In this document: piece by piece, positions 50,139 to 63,060 of the stretch | Layout: each line of letters opens with the position of its first letter | How positions within the stretch are numbered: the first letter of the stretch is position 1 | Assembly (NCBI GenBank): GCA_013265495.1 | Contig: MU058337.1 | Span: 1,170,777-1,234,776 of the forward strand | Length of the DNA stretch: 64,000 nt | Reading direction: 5' to 3' | Source of the DNA: Vicugna vicugna | Taxonomy: Eukaryota | Notes under the pieces: generated by a model | The model's input: the letters and a program-made list of their open reading frames with translations, nothing else | The model's database searches: none | What the model was told of the DNA's origin: nothing | Position numbers and translations under genes: made by a program

Positions 50139-53011
50139 AGCGCTGCAAGGTGAGCAGCTTTCAGGATGGGCCCTGTTTAGAGGAATGGGTGGGCGTTTCG
50201 CCATCACTCGATTTGTCCAGCCAAGGCCAGTCATCGTTCCCTTCGCATTTATTCTGTGGCTTCTTTCGTGGATGGTCTGCGATTGACTGTTATAGCATCG
50301 TTATCTTCATTTACCTCTGAACTGTTCAACTGAAGGAAATAAATTATCTCTTTTGCATCAAAAGTAGCACCAGTCCTACTGGCAAAAAGCGACATAAAGT
50401 GATGAAGAAATCATCATTGCCAATTTCAACAGATCCCTGATGCTAATGATCAGACCAACACAATATAATCTCTTCTTTTTCCTCTCTCTCCCTTTCTCTC
50501 TCTCTCCTCTGTCTCTGTCTCTGTCTCTCCCCCTCCCTACCTTACTCCTGTTTCTGAGTGAAGAGCTGGCTCAGTCTTTGACCTTAACCAAGAAGGAAGT
50601 CACTAGTCAGCTAATAAATGGCTATTGGTAGCAATTTCCCTTCACGAGAGGGAAAGCTCTCTTAAACCACTAGCAAAGGGGAAAACGTAACTTAGCATTG
50701 CAATTACCTGACCTCCTCTGATGATCTCTTTTTGGCGTATCTCCACGTATCACAAATTCTTTCTAAATTCATAGCTCAGCTCCCATTTTCTCATTTTATG
50801 TAGCTAATATCCTCACAGCATCTCAAGGACTCTTCACTCCCTCAATCACTTCCAGGAAGAAAAGGAAATTATGGTTAAAAAAAAAAAAGAGTCCTCTTCA
50901 AGGAAGCTAATCAGTTAGATAGTGAAGAGATTCAAAAGCAAATTTAAAGGCTAAGAAAGTAATAAAAAAGGAAGAAATCTTTAGAAATAGGTACTGCATC
51001 CATAATGTTTTAAAGTGCTAAAATCGAGTTAAGGGAATGGATTAATCAGGAGGGTGCATTAAACACAACCAACTAACATGATTTCTAGCCTGAGGATAAA
51101 TTAAAAAGAAAAAAGCTGCAAGGCCAATTTTTATTTGTTTGGAGAATTTCAAACTAAGGAGGGACAACTGTAAAAACACCTGCAGTCAGCTGGAACTGCA
51201 CTTCCATCACCACGGGGCAGCTGAGACTCATCCAGCCATCTCCTCTAGGACATCAAAATAGAAAATGAAAAAAAGACGAGCCTAATCGCTTTAGCCTTGG
51301 CTGGTTAAATAGTTAAGTGCACGGCTGCGTCTCACTGTGTGCTATGGAAAAGAAATGATCTCGTGATGGACTGAAGAGCAGCATCTTGAGAGGTCGCCCC
51401 TTTCCAACCTTCCCTGCGTGTGCAACACGAAACAGACCGGCAAGACACCCCAACTTGCAGTCCTCAGCCACACAAGAGATGCTTCTATGGATGAAGCACA
51501 AGAAACTTACTTCTCTAAGTGAGAAGCCTGACCTCTTGGGGCAGAAATGACGCTTCCAGACGGAAGCTGTATTGCGTACTCTTGAATTAAAGCTGAACCA
51601 AGTACTATCTCATGAGACACGTTAGCCCCGTCATAAACGTAAATTTTCCTGAACTTTCTTACTTGGCTGGAAATTACTCACTGCCCCCCCATGGACCTTC
51701 GCTGTTCCATTTTTAATCCTTGATGCTTTCACATTTGTAAGTATTACTGCAGCCGTGTGGTATGCAGGGTGTGCCTTCTTATGGTTTATTCCTCTTCATT
51801 TCCTATATGATGTCCCTCCGCCATTCCTGTCCTGACACAATGGCCAATTTTGAACAGGTAACCGTGTGAATATATGTTAGAAATTGGGAGTAGCCATCAC
51901 CATTGAAGTGCCAGGAAAGAAAACCCTTTACCTCATACCATTCATTTCCCCAAATCTGTTCCCTTTGGGCACAAAGGTAAAGTTCATTGTGAAGAATTCT
52001 GAATGAATCTAGAGACAGACAGAAGAAAAAATGTTCCATTTTTCCAACAACAGAAGTGTAGTGTGAAAAACAGCCCCAGAGCTGCCGACCCCCTGACGGC
52101 GTGTGACACACTGGCCCCCCAAGCGCTCACCCTGCTGACTGCTTTATCCCCCCGCTCACAGTGTCTCGTTTGAACACCAGATAGTGGAGGAAAAATCTTA
52201 ACATTTTGAGGTGAGGGAAATGAGGCAGCAATGTGTGAATATTTGGGTGGAAATAAATGACAGATCAGCCAGTTAAGAGGCAACAGGTAGTGATGCGTCT
52301 ACAGTGCAAGTTACTACAAATCAGTATGAGGGTCTGGCTGCCGCAGCCTCTCCCAGTTACACACCGAGAGGTGGAAACTTCTGCCTATAACCTTAATTAT
52401 TAAATGTTCTATACACACACCAGACACAGCCATTTTCAAGATGAGACACTTCCACTTTATGGAAGTTAAATGAAGACTCAATCTTGGACCTCTCTGATTC
52501 CAGTTTTTTTTTTTTCTCTTATCAGCTATGTTACTGGTCTTTAGAATTCACTGTTTTGTTTTGGTTCCACCAAAAGGTCTATATTCTGCTTTCAGCATAG
52601 AGGCCTTGCAGACGGTTTCCCTAGTTTAGTCTGTGGCCGATTTGTCCAGTGAACACTGTATCCGGAGCAGATACGTCACCGTGGAAGGATACTGCTTGTG
52701 TTCTATTCAGTTTAATGAGACGGTAACATTCTTATAAAGGGCTGGAAGTACAACGGTGAATACTACCTGAGCTTGCTCTGTTTTGTAAGGTGCTGGAAGG
52801 CTTTATGGCGCTGGGGCTCCCAGGAAAACAGGAGAGAACAAGGAGGAAAAGGAGAGCGCAGCAGGCTGACGGCTTGCCGACAGCTGGGAAAGTCTGACAG
52901 AGGAGGTAACAGCTGGAAGTATCATAAAAAAGAGGGCGATTTTACCTCGGAAGTAATGGGGGGGACACCAGGCAGAGGGAAAACGGCTACTAAAAAAGGA
53001 CTGAAGAAGTG

Positions 53012-53240
53012 CAACAATAAGAGCTACAATTTGAACACTTATTCTGAACTGGACTCGGTTCTCATGGCTTGAAAGTACTGCCTTTTCAGCCCTCCCAACA
53101 GCCCAACAAGGTGGGCACTATTTGCCCTGTCTTACAGAAGCAAAAACTTGGAGAAATGAAACAGTAACTTGCCCAAGTTTGCAAAACCTGTAGGTGGCGA
53201 GTGAGAAATCTGCCCCAAGCCGACACTCCCCAGGGCCCAC
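53012..53240 (-). mobile_element. MIR SINE
   Basis: GCTACAATTTGAACACTT...CAACAGCCC...GGTGGGCACTATT...TTACAGAAGCAAAAACT...AGTAACTTGCCCAAG. Confidence 0.7.
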
Positions 53241-56200
53241 CCAGCACGTTTGATGAGCTACAGGTCGGCAGGACTGGAAAGCGGGTACCTGTGGTGAGAG
53301 GGTGAGACCGGACTCACAGAGACTCGCATGACACGCCTTCTCTTCCAAGCTAAGGGGCTTGGCGTTTAGCCAAATGCAGTGGATGGAGAACTGTTAAAGC
53401 AATTAAACCGAAAGAATTAAATGGGCTTTAGGAAAATTGTTCCGGCAACACATGTATTTGGCTCAAAAGAGGGTGAAATTAGAAATTACAACAGAGAAGT
53501 CAAGAGGACACGGGTCCAAGCAGTCCCCTAAAATTCATAAGCCCAATTATCTTCGTTTCATAGTTACCGAGGACCTAGGAGCGCTAGCTTCAGGTGGGGA
53601 CGCCTGAATCTCAGATGAGAGACCCGGGCTGGAAATCGCACAGTCATGCGGGGCTGGTGGCTGTGGCTGCTGAGCTGGCTTGGTGAGGCCTGGGAAGAGA
53701 GCGGGCTCATCTTTGCCCCCGTGTGTACACTATGCTATTCTCTCTCTTTTCTCAACTGCTAAGCGTCCCCATGTACTTCCCAAATTGAAATAAATAAACA
53801 AAAATCACTCTGTGTATCGCTTTCTAGTTCCCACCCTTTGAGCTTTTCTTCTCTTCTCAGCCAAGCTGCTTGTAAGTGATGAAGGTGACACATTCCTTCC
53901 CTTCCTTCCCTTCCTCACCTCCCATGCATCTTACTAGCAACTGCCATCTGCTCTCTGCCTCCAGGACTCCGCAGAACCGACTCCAGCGAAGGGTGGCAAG
54001 GATGTCCCCGCCGTGGAGCGCTGGACACTGTTCAGCCTCCATCCTCCCGATCTCTGTAACCACTCAGTGCTGTAGAACTTTCCTTGGCCAAATACCAAGG
54101 GGACTCCCTTCTCCTTTTCCAAAGTATTAATTAGTATTTATTTTTTAATTAAAGCAGTGATGGATGGATTCTAAAGCTTCAATGAGAAACGCCAATCAGA
54201 AGAGCTTTTGTTTGTTAGTGTTGTTTTTTTTTTAACAAATTCTATTTATTTCCTGGAAATTTAAACAGCTTCCATTTTCCCCGCCCTTTGCTAATGACAT
54301 CCATTTTCTTAAACTATTTCATAATTTAAGCAGAGAAAAAGCTACCTAAGGAAAGAAAATTATCGAAAGTCAATCTCCATGAACATAGCCTAATAAACGC
54401 TCTCCCCTGATGAGGTTACCTGCCTCCTTCTTTCATTTTTGAGATGATTCACGCTGCTGTGATGATGTTGCAACTGTTCTGTGCTGGGATGGGGGTTCTT
54501 CTATATGTTATAGAAAATAGTATGAAGAAGCAAGCATGTAAAAAATTCTCAAGGCCAGACCAATAGGCACAGAGTGAAGAACACGCCTGTGTTTATAGAT
54601 CCTTCTTACCGTACAGTTTATATGAATTATCTACGGACAATGTAACGGATCAAGTCTCGTAACCGCATGCTCCCCTCACCAGGGTTTATCAACTCCTGAT
54701 GAAGTTTCCAGAAGAACAGACATTGTTCCACAGCAAGTGGGTCCCTGCGTAAAGGCTGTCCGAGGGCTCGCTGACAGTTTCCATGACACTGCTTCTTTGT
54801 GTTTCCCCTTCCATGTCTTTTTCCCCATCTCACTTATAACTGGTGTTTCCTGGGGCTTTTTCATTAGCCTACTGGTCTCCTTTCTCTCATCTCCCTGGGT
54901 GCTCTTGTGCTTCCAAGGTTTTGATGACGTCCGCAGATGGGAGAGCCACAGCCCTGCCTGGCCCCCGTCTCCGCTCCCAGCTCAGAGCCGTCCCCTCTGA
55001 ACGTAGACGTCTGGAGGCACCGCAGGTTTGTCATCCCACACTCAGCACATCCTTAGCTGAGCTTGGAACTGCTCATCTTCTCAGCCAAGTTTGGTGCCTC
55101 TTCACACTTTCCCAATCTTAGACATTAGTACCATCAAAAAGCCAATCACTCAAGTGGGAAATTTTAGAGCATTCCTAGATCATTTCCCCAAAATAAACAT
55201 TCAGTTGCCTGTGTTTGTATCTCTTGCCCCTGCTCCCCAGTGGCCTTCCTCCCTCACAAATTTAAATCCCCCACTCTTTCTTGTATCAATCTTTAATTAT
55301 AAAGTCAGAGGGTCAGGATACCACCTAAGACCATTTTCCTATTCACTTCCCCAGGAGAACAATGAGAATTTTCTTAACCCCTTATATAGGGGGTTTCTCA
55401 ATCACTGTGTAAGGAAATTTGTGAACAAAAATCCTTGGACTCAATACACATAGTCTGTTGATATTGGCCAAGACTTATTAAAGATGAAAACTATGGTCTA
55501 AGAAGAAAGCAAATGAGAAATATGACCACAGGAATGTCCATTAGAGAATGGATACTGAAATCCATCATTAAAATAGTAGCTTGCCTTTCACATGGCTCTA
55601 CTATTAACCTGATCACTACAAATCTGTAAACTACAGTGTCAATCACTTTACTAGGGGGAAAAAATTCTCCCAGTATGTATTCCATTTACCAACATGTCAC
55701 CCTGAAGCAGAACCTACCTGGGACATTTCCCAGTATCTATACATGTCAAATTAAACCTCATTTTGATGCCTCATGTGTATCCACTAAAAAAGACCCCCTC
55801 CCCCCAAAGAAATGAGAACAATACAGTGGAATGAGATTTTGGAGGGTGAAGTCACCACAAGGCGACTTGCTCCAGGGATACAGAGTTCAGCTGCACACGT
55901 AGTGCCTGTGACTCTCAGTTCCCAGATCAGTAAAACAGAAACTGTCTGAGAATCTACTTGTGATTTGGCTGATTCAGCTAACTCTAATCTTTGGCAGTGA
56001 TTTAACGAAACCCAGTCAAACTCTGTGAGCACTGCCCATCACCGATGCAAACGAACAAGATGTAGTTTGCAACTGATCGAAGTCATTAATTCACTTTCAG
56101 ATCTATAAATTGGCCACTGATTTGCACAGGGGGAAATGATTCACCCTGCAAAATCACAGCTCTGAGACAGGAACTGAGCCTCCTCCCCTCAGATCCATCT

Positions 56201-57039
56201 GTTTGACAGCTCTGACTGAGTTCCCTTCGCGAAGTCTCCATGGAATTTACATCTTTCTCTACAACGTCTGAAATCTTCTATGCTTGAAGAAAGAACCCCC
56301 AGATCCCAGAGCGTCTCCTGCATGTGGGGCGCCTTCATGGAACTGCGGCTGTAGTTGTGGTTCATCCGCCAACTGCTTCCTGCCGGAGGTTTTCTGGTTG
56401 ACGGTGAGCCCCGTGCGGAACATGATTTCAGAGAATAAATTAATAATCACTTGCAAAGGATGGCACTTGAGTTTTAATGTTATCTACTACCTGGTGTGTT
56501 ATCTTTTGTAATAAACCAGTCCTAAAAGGGCAAATTTACAAAAAGAAAAAAAAAATTGAGTTTGAGGTACCCACGTAAGTAAGCAAACCAACAATGGTGG
56601 CCACGGACTTTTAACAAATACAAAACAGCATATGGGTGGTCTAAGACAACTTGTTGAGTTTTAAAGTATTTCAAACTAAGATCTGAGTGTATGTAGGGCA
56701 GGTGTCTCTTAAGCCCCACCTCGCTGGGCTAGATGCTGACTTTGCCTAGAAAAGCTTAAGGAAGTGTTTAGTGAAACCCAAAATAGTAACACAAATGTTG
56801 ACTTATTTAAAAAAAAAAAAAGAGCACTTTAGGTTTTCTGGTTCATCCCCAATAGTTCTGTGCTTTTTATGACCTGCAGTTAGGATGGTGGGTCAGGCAC
56901 TGGTGATAAAGCTTCTTATTAATAAATAATTCAGTAGCCAGAGTGTAAAAACATGGCTTGCATTGTCCCTGAGTGTTTTGTTTCCTAATTATGAAGCAAC
57001 TGGCAGGCCTGCCGCCCCAGGGCTGAGTGATTTCACCAG

Positions 57040-57480
57040 GTTTGTTCTGTGGTTCCCCATTGTCGCCCTTGAAAAGAACATTCCCACAGAGCGGGCTCTA
57101 AAGACAATAAACACCGCATGTGAAAAGAAATGACATAATATTCGGCGCTGATAAGGGAGCTTTTCCCAGGGGCTGCGTGGGACGGAGCCCAGGAGGCTGT
57201 CTGCGCTGGGTGCCTGGAAGGAAGTGTCCCCAGGGCAGTTTACGGGGCCATGCGGCCCCGCACAAAAGGCCCAGAAGTGGGCAGGTCCCTCCCTGCCTCT
57301 GTGAAAGTCAATCCAAGGAAGTCTGATGCCGTGGAGAAGTTTCCTGTCCGCTGTGTGGGAAATCTGACTGAGTGCAAGCGGCCGGCAACAATGGGACAAT
57401 ACATTATAATAAACAGGAAAAATAGCATTGGCCACGGAAATCAATGGCTGGAGTTCATGAGGCATTCATGAGATTGACAA
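57040..57480. promoter_or_regulatory. Candidate enhancer (ETS/SOX/FOX/RBPJ/GATA motif cluster)
   Basis: TTCCCACA 57081-57088, TGTGGGAA 57354-57361, AACAATGG 57387-57394, TAAACAGGAAA 57410-57420, TGATAAG 57149-57155 and AGGAAGT 57316-57322, all in non-repeat sequence. Confidence 0.45.
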
Positions 57481-58852
57481 GTGAATAAATTAAAACCAGA
57501 AGGTTAGGACACTGAAAGAGAAGTTAATTTTATGTCTGCCCTGAAGCTCCCCTTTTCAGACTCAAATTAAGACTGGGTATAATAAAATGAACATAGAGTC
57601 TTGGATGTACAAAAAAGGCTTCGTTAAGACCTACATCGTCAGAAACCAGGGATTCTTTTATGAACGGCCACATGCATGCATAGCCGTTGCTCACGGGGCA
57701 TTAACCACCCCCTCGACAGCGTGACCAAAGGCTTATTTAAACGAGGTTCTTACTTTAAATAAACCTGCTCTCAGCAACCAACTGTTCATCCAGGAAGTGA
57801 GGTGACACCCCAGTACACTGAAGACGTGTACTCAACCAGAACCGGGTAGAGATGTGCGCCCCCGCGCTGTTTAACTTAAATAGAAAGACACACGAGACTC
57901 TTCCAAACCCCCAAAGAGTTAGAAACAACAGAACATAGCTAACTCGAAAACAGACTTCGGTTGCATACACAGTGATCGATCCATCTCCACGCCATAGTGA
58001 CTTCTCTTTTTAAAGACATTTTTAAACTTTGGTTGGCTTTCTTTTAATAATAAAATGACTTTAATTAGAACTCACCACTGAACCTTGGTTTTGCGATAAA
58101 GTGTTTGACACACCAAATTCTTTCTCCTAATTACTATTAAAGACAGAGCTTTGTTCAGGAGACAAAGCAACAGGCTGACAACTCTGAGACAATGAATTCT
58201 AACCCAGGCTGCGCTGTAACTCTCGCTCTGTCTCAGTTCCTTTGACAGTTAAGCATGAGTCTGCTCCACAGTTTATGAACTTTTGTTTTAAGTTATTACA
58301 AAGCATGAAACGATCTGGCAACTGTTGCCAGGGAGCAGTTCCACACAACCTGATATTTAGAAGCCAGACCTCAAGTGTGCCTTACAAAATTTGGTCTGTG
58401 CTGCAAAAATATTTCTCCACATTATTCCTTTTACTCTTTGACTTTGGACTGAGATGGTTTCTTTACATATCAAGGATTGCTAAGAGGGTGTAATACCTTG
58501 GAAAGTTATATGATTTAGTCTTTAATAAATAAAAATTAACTCAAGAATTTCTAGTCTTATAAGAATATACTTAAGCACATTAAAGCAGAAAGATAATATC
58601 AGAGAGCCTTTAAAACTCTGGTTTCACCTTAAAATTTCCACTATGATTTTAGGAAGATGTAGAAGGAGCAAGAAATAACATCCTTCAACATGTCTATTAT
58701 TTTAAACGTGGTAACAACCTAGTTTTTTTCTTTGGGTTTTTTTTTTTCAGGTTTGCCCAGAAGGAGGAGAAAAAGAAAAATTTAGCTATTTGTTTAAATA
58801 AAGCCAATCTCATTCTTCAACACTCACTTCAGCAGCGGTCAAACACACGAGG

Positions 58853-58871
58853 TGGCCAGCAGAGGGCAGTA
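58853..58871 (+). promoter_or_regulatory. CTCF binding site (near-consensus)
   Basis: TGGCCAGCAGAGGGCAGTA versus consensus TGGCCASYAGRKGGCRSYV; every difference falls at a degenerate position. Confidence 0.7.
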
Positions 58872-59641
58872 CATAACAGCAGAAACTGTTTTATTTGAAA
58901 GGTAAATCCTATTAGTTCCACTAGACGGAAAAAAGAAAATAAAAATACAGTTTTACATGAAGTAGTTTCTGACCAAAGAAACAAATATTCTGGCATCAAA
59001 ATATATATTAAAATGCAGTCGGAAGACTTGCAGGCCTCTGGAAAATCCACTGAATTTTGGTGACAGGCACACTCCTGACTCCATCTTGGCTTTTAGGCAA
59101 GAAATAGTTAATTGCCTTCTTCATCTCTGCGTTTTGTTTCGTTTCGTTCAATCCCACTGAGCAGCAAAGATGTTCACGACTGTGCTGGGAAGAGGGCCCA
59201 GGGCGCCTTCGGTAGCGCTAAGGAGCCTGGGCAGAGGCCTGGCGGCAGCCGGCCACCCCGCCCCACGTGGAGCGTGGGCCGGTCTCCGTGTGGTCCCCGC
59301 GGGAGGGGCCCAGCTCCCCGCTGGCGGGCCTTCTCCTCCCCTCTCCACCTTCCTCCTGCTCCAGTCTCGGGTGTCACAGCTCCATGGCCCCAGAGCCCAG
59401 GACATTCTGAGGGGTGGGCGAAGATTCCAAGGCAGATTCCAAGTTTCCCCTTCCTCAGACAAAGCTGCATCTCCAGTTTGGTCCTTCTCCATCTTTCAAT
59501 AGAGTCATTGAAATTAAAAATAGCGGGCTTTCATTTACAGCCCAGGCCTTGGCCCTCCAGCCTCCTCCTTCCCTGGGGCCAAGGCCAGGTTTTCTGGGTT
59601 CCCCTCCAGCTGGAGCCCCACCCTTCCTTGACCTCTCCTTA

Positions 59642-59666
59642 CCCCCACCCCACCCCCTCCCCCTCC
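59642..59666 (-). other. Potential G-quadruplex
   Basis: The reverse strand GGAGGGGGAGGGGGTGGGGTGGGGG has four G-runs with 1-nt loops. Confidence 0.5.
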
Positions 59667-61050
59667 ACTCTCTTTCCCTTCACCGGCTTGCACCGTGGAA
59701 TTATGTGAATAATCACAGTAGCCTCCTGGGGCACGCACGGTCCCTCCGTTCCCCTGTGACCTACCCACACTCACTCCCCCAGCGCCTTATTCCCCTATTC
59801 CTGTGTCTCCCGTTTCTTATTGCTCAACTTTTTTTTTTTTTGGTCTTTTCCTTAGGAAAGCAAAGTACAGGACAAAGACAAAGGATGACTATTAATACCA
59901 GTAAGATAAGAAGGATGGACACGCTGCTCAGGGTCGGGACCACGGTCAGCACAGGCGGCACCTAAGCCAGAGTGCCAGTCAGCCGGCCTCACCCTGGCTG
60001 AGCAAGACCCTGCTGTCCTGAGGAATGAGTGGGCTCCCTTTTAAGATTCACTGTCTTATGAGGGGAAAAAAAAAAACTTGGTATCTAAGCAGCTGTATCT
60101 CCCGCTGAAATCGATGTGAGCTCAGAGCATTTAGCACAAAGGTGTTTCCTTCCCTCTCAGATGATTTAACACATTTTGCTTCAAATATTTGCTGGGTGGC
60201 ATGAAATAGGCCCAATGCTTTGAAATATTTCAAATTATGTAAGAAAACATGTACAATTTCATGGTTTTGAAAGAAATGTGTGTTGCCTTCCGGGTTATCC
60301 ACATTTAATTTGAAAGGAAAGAACATTGTTAAAAGCTGAAGTAGGGTCATTTGATTTCCAAGGGTCAAAGGGGAACTCTGCATTTCCTGGCACCCCACTG
60401 TCCACTTCACACCCCAGCCGAACTTGACTCGGTCTTAGCAGAAAGATTCCGCTCTGGGAAAGGAGCTCCCACAGTTTGCCCCATGAAGGAGGGAAAACCC
60501 TCTGTGGACAATGGCATTAAATTCACAATGACCCAAGTCCAACGTGATTTTGAAAATCACTGCATCACCATCAACAGTTTCCACTCTGGTGAAACATCAG
60601 AGGGCTGGTTATTTTAATTTTTTAAGAAATTTCGGCCCTTTAATTTTTTTCATCCATCTCAGTGAATATACTCAGTGATTCTGAGTATTGAGGCTGAGAC
60701 TCGTGGGCAGGGGCCTTGAGAAGCGTCTGGCACTCACTCAGAGAACTGACCCTAAGGCCAGACTCCGAGGGGATCCCATCAACAGGATCTCTGGCAAGCC
60801 TCCATCCTTCATTTTCAAAACACCCAGCGATGGAGAAGCACCATCTTGAAAGGAGGTTCATTCCATGTTTAGGTAGTAAGTGGCGAGACAGTTCATCCTT
60901 ACGTTAAGCCCAACTTTGCTCATAATTTCTATTCACTGAACTTCATCCTAACTTCTGGGCACACACTGGGAAGACATCTCAGTACTCTTCTGCAGTCATA
61001 CTTGAGTGAAGCTCTCGTGCTTCTTGACAACTCTCTAGGTTAAACAGCGC

Positions 61051-61069
61051 TGGCGCCTCCTGGTGAGGG
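61051..61069 (-). promoter_or_regulatory. Possible CTCF site
   Basis: Reverse strand CCCTCACCAGGAGGCGCCA; the core matches with two mismatches. Confidence 0.4.
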
Positions 61070-61210
61070 GTACGGAGCATCCCGGCAAATCCTCCGGCGC
61101 CCCAGTCCCGCTTCAGGATGTGTGTTTGTGACACGCAGCTCTGGAAACTGGCCACAGTCTGCTGGGTGTAGCCTGACCAGCACCTGATGAGAAGTCTCCT
61201 TTTTCTTTAT

Positions 61211-61360
61211 CAGTAATTCTCAAACTCGTATGTGTCCAGGCATTATCTGGGGAACTTGTTAAAAACGAACATTTCCAAACCTTCTTCCTGAGCTGCATTT
61301 GATGAACAGACATTCCTGAGCTCATACACTGAGAGACATTTCCTTAGGGACTATACTGTT
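61211..61360. mobile_element. MER5-family MITE fragment
   Basis: CAGTAATTCTCAAACT...TTATCTGGGGAACTTGTTAAAAA...CTGCATTTGA. Confidence 0.5.
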
Positions 61361-61529
61361 TAAAAACTCTGGCTTCAGATCTGACTCTTTCTTACGACAG
61401 TATAGACTCATACTGATGTTACAGTCAACCCTGACAATGTCTTCTCACAGAAACCCGTTTCAGAGTCCCCCAGCCGACAGTTGTGGAAGTTTTAAGGCTG
61501 AAATTCATGAAAACGCATTTACCCCTGTG

Positions 61530-61694
61530 TAGTGTCGCCAGAGAAAACACAGGAAGCCCTGAGACTTGAACTTCAGATAAACAACACGTCGTTTCTTATT
61601 GAGACGCACATACTGAAAAATCACTCGTTGTCTATCTGAAATTCAAATTTGACCGGGTGCTCTGTGTTTTTGTTTACTAAACCCAGTAGCCCTA
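61530..61694. mobile_element. Palindromic hAT-type MITE, copy 2
   Basis: TAGTGTCGCCAGAGAAAACACAGGAAGCCC...TTGAACTTCAGATAAACAAC...GTTGTCTATCTGAAATTCAAATTTGACCGGG...GCCCTA, with long internal inverted arms. Confidence 0.75.
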
Positions 61695-62439
61695 TTCCTG
61701 TGAAACTCACTCTGGTTAGATTTGTTTTTTTCTAGTCACGCCTTTGTGACCATTTTAGAACCTAATTCTGTCCTCAAAAGTTTTTAGTTCAGAAATGTTC
61801 TCCTGTTTCTGACTGTCAAGTTGCTCTCCCTGTTTACGTGAATTCCCAGGGACTGGCTCAGGGTCAACGTTTGCTCACTGTTGTTTAAAAAAAAAAAACA
61901 CCTCACACAAGTGATTGAGCACAAATATCCATTTTTCTTCATTATCGCCAACTGTCCCCGATGTCCGAGATGACCAGTTTATTTTCTGCCATAGTGCGAG
62001 CAAGAGCACGGCCAGCCTGGCAGCAGCAGGCCTGAGCTCTGCTGCGTTAGCCCAGTGCAGCTTCAGGCAGCTAACAGACTTCTCTGAACCTGAGTACAGA
62101 CTAAAGACTCCAGCCTTGTGCTTAATAATTAATAGTTCTTCAAAAAATTCTTCATTCATGAATATTTTAACTAGTTATGAGAGCTTCAAGTTCAAATTGG
62201 CAGAAATAAGTGCACGGATTACTTCCCGTCTGTCTTAAGGCCCATCAGAAGCATAAGAATAAATAAATCCGTGGCCATAAAGGAAAAAAGAGGGGTCACA
62301 TCAGACATCGTTATCAATGCGTTATCAGAGAACAGGAAGCCGAGCCAACCAGCAGATAAACCCAAATGACGGAAGGCGGCCCGGAATACATCCCTCTGTG
62401 AAGGGGCAATTCCGAGCATCCACACGTAATATTCAAACA

Positions 62440-63060
62440 ACACGTCTCATAAACTGAGAAAGGAAGAAAAAGTGGAGAAGAGATTAGGAAGCATAATAGA
62501 AACAGAATTCCAATCCTAGAAGAAGTCATCTGTCTTCAGATGAAAAGAATCCAATGAATATAAAGCAAAATGGATGCAAAAACGGCCTCATGCATTTTCA
62601 CCAGGCAAAGTTAAAGTCTTCAACGCTCTGGAAGGGGTAGGCGTGGGAACCTATCAAAGCACAAGAATGGGAGTGCTATCAGATACCTTATCAGCAACAC
62701 TGGTAAAAGGAGACAATGGAGAAAGGCCGTTCAAACCTGATGGAAAATGATTTGGGACTCAAATTCTAAATCAAATGTGCGATGTTAACCACCTTCCCAA
62801 ACATGTCAGAGATCCATCAATTGTTACAGTTTGAGTAACTTGCCAAGTCCCAGAGATAAAGAGTGGCAGGGCTGGGCATTGGGCCAGGCAATATGGTGTG
62901 GATTTTATGTCCTAAACCAGAAATTTCTACTGCCTTTCTAAAATGGATGAGCCTATGTAGGTTTTTCAACTAAAAGATCATTTCTGTAGAATGCAAATAT
63001 GTTAAAGAGCCATTGAAAATGATTCTGGAGGAAAAGAAATTAAAGGAATTTCAAAGAGAT
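62440..63060 (+). mobile_element. HAL1/old L1 ORF1 remnant, interrupted by a MIR
   Basis: TCAGATACCTTATCAGCAACACTGG...AGACAATGGAGAAAGGCCGTTCAAA...GGAAAATGATTT...AAATTCTA resembles the L1/HAL1 ORF1 region (dfs..tl.ar.qw..afk.l.en). Confidence 0.55.
62810..62935 (-). mobile_element. MIR fragment
   Basis: GTTTGAGTAACTTGCCAAGTCCCAGAG...AGTGGCAGGGCTGGGCATTGGGCCAGGC. Confidence 0.55.

Noticed and set aside
49299..50440. Box C/D snoRNA candidates (GTGATGA at 49299 and 50399)
   Set aside because: No box D at a suitable distance (absent for the first, only ~40 nt away for the second) and no convincing terminal stem.
31612..51592. Scattered minus-strand exon-like segments (51592-51511, 44545-44491, 31674-31612) with GTAAG donors
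   Set aside because: Weak or ambiguous acceptors, no consistent reading-frame chain and no recognisable peptide.
56989..57465. 158-aa minus-strand ATG ORF
   Set aside because: No recognisable homology; the region is better explained as regulatory DNA. Only BLAST or PhyloCSF could fully exclude it.
59112..59965. Longest ORFs (198 aa and 183 aa, overlapping)
   Set aside because: Non-ATG starts, Pro/Ser/Gly-rich low-information translations, and several frames open on both strands as expected in GC-rich DNA; no domain recognised.
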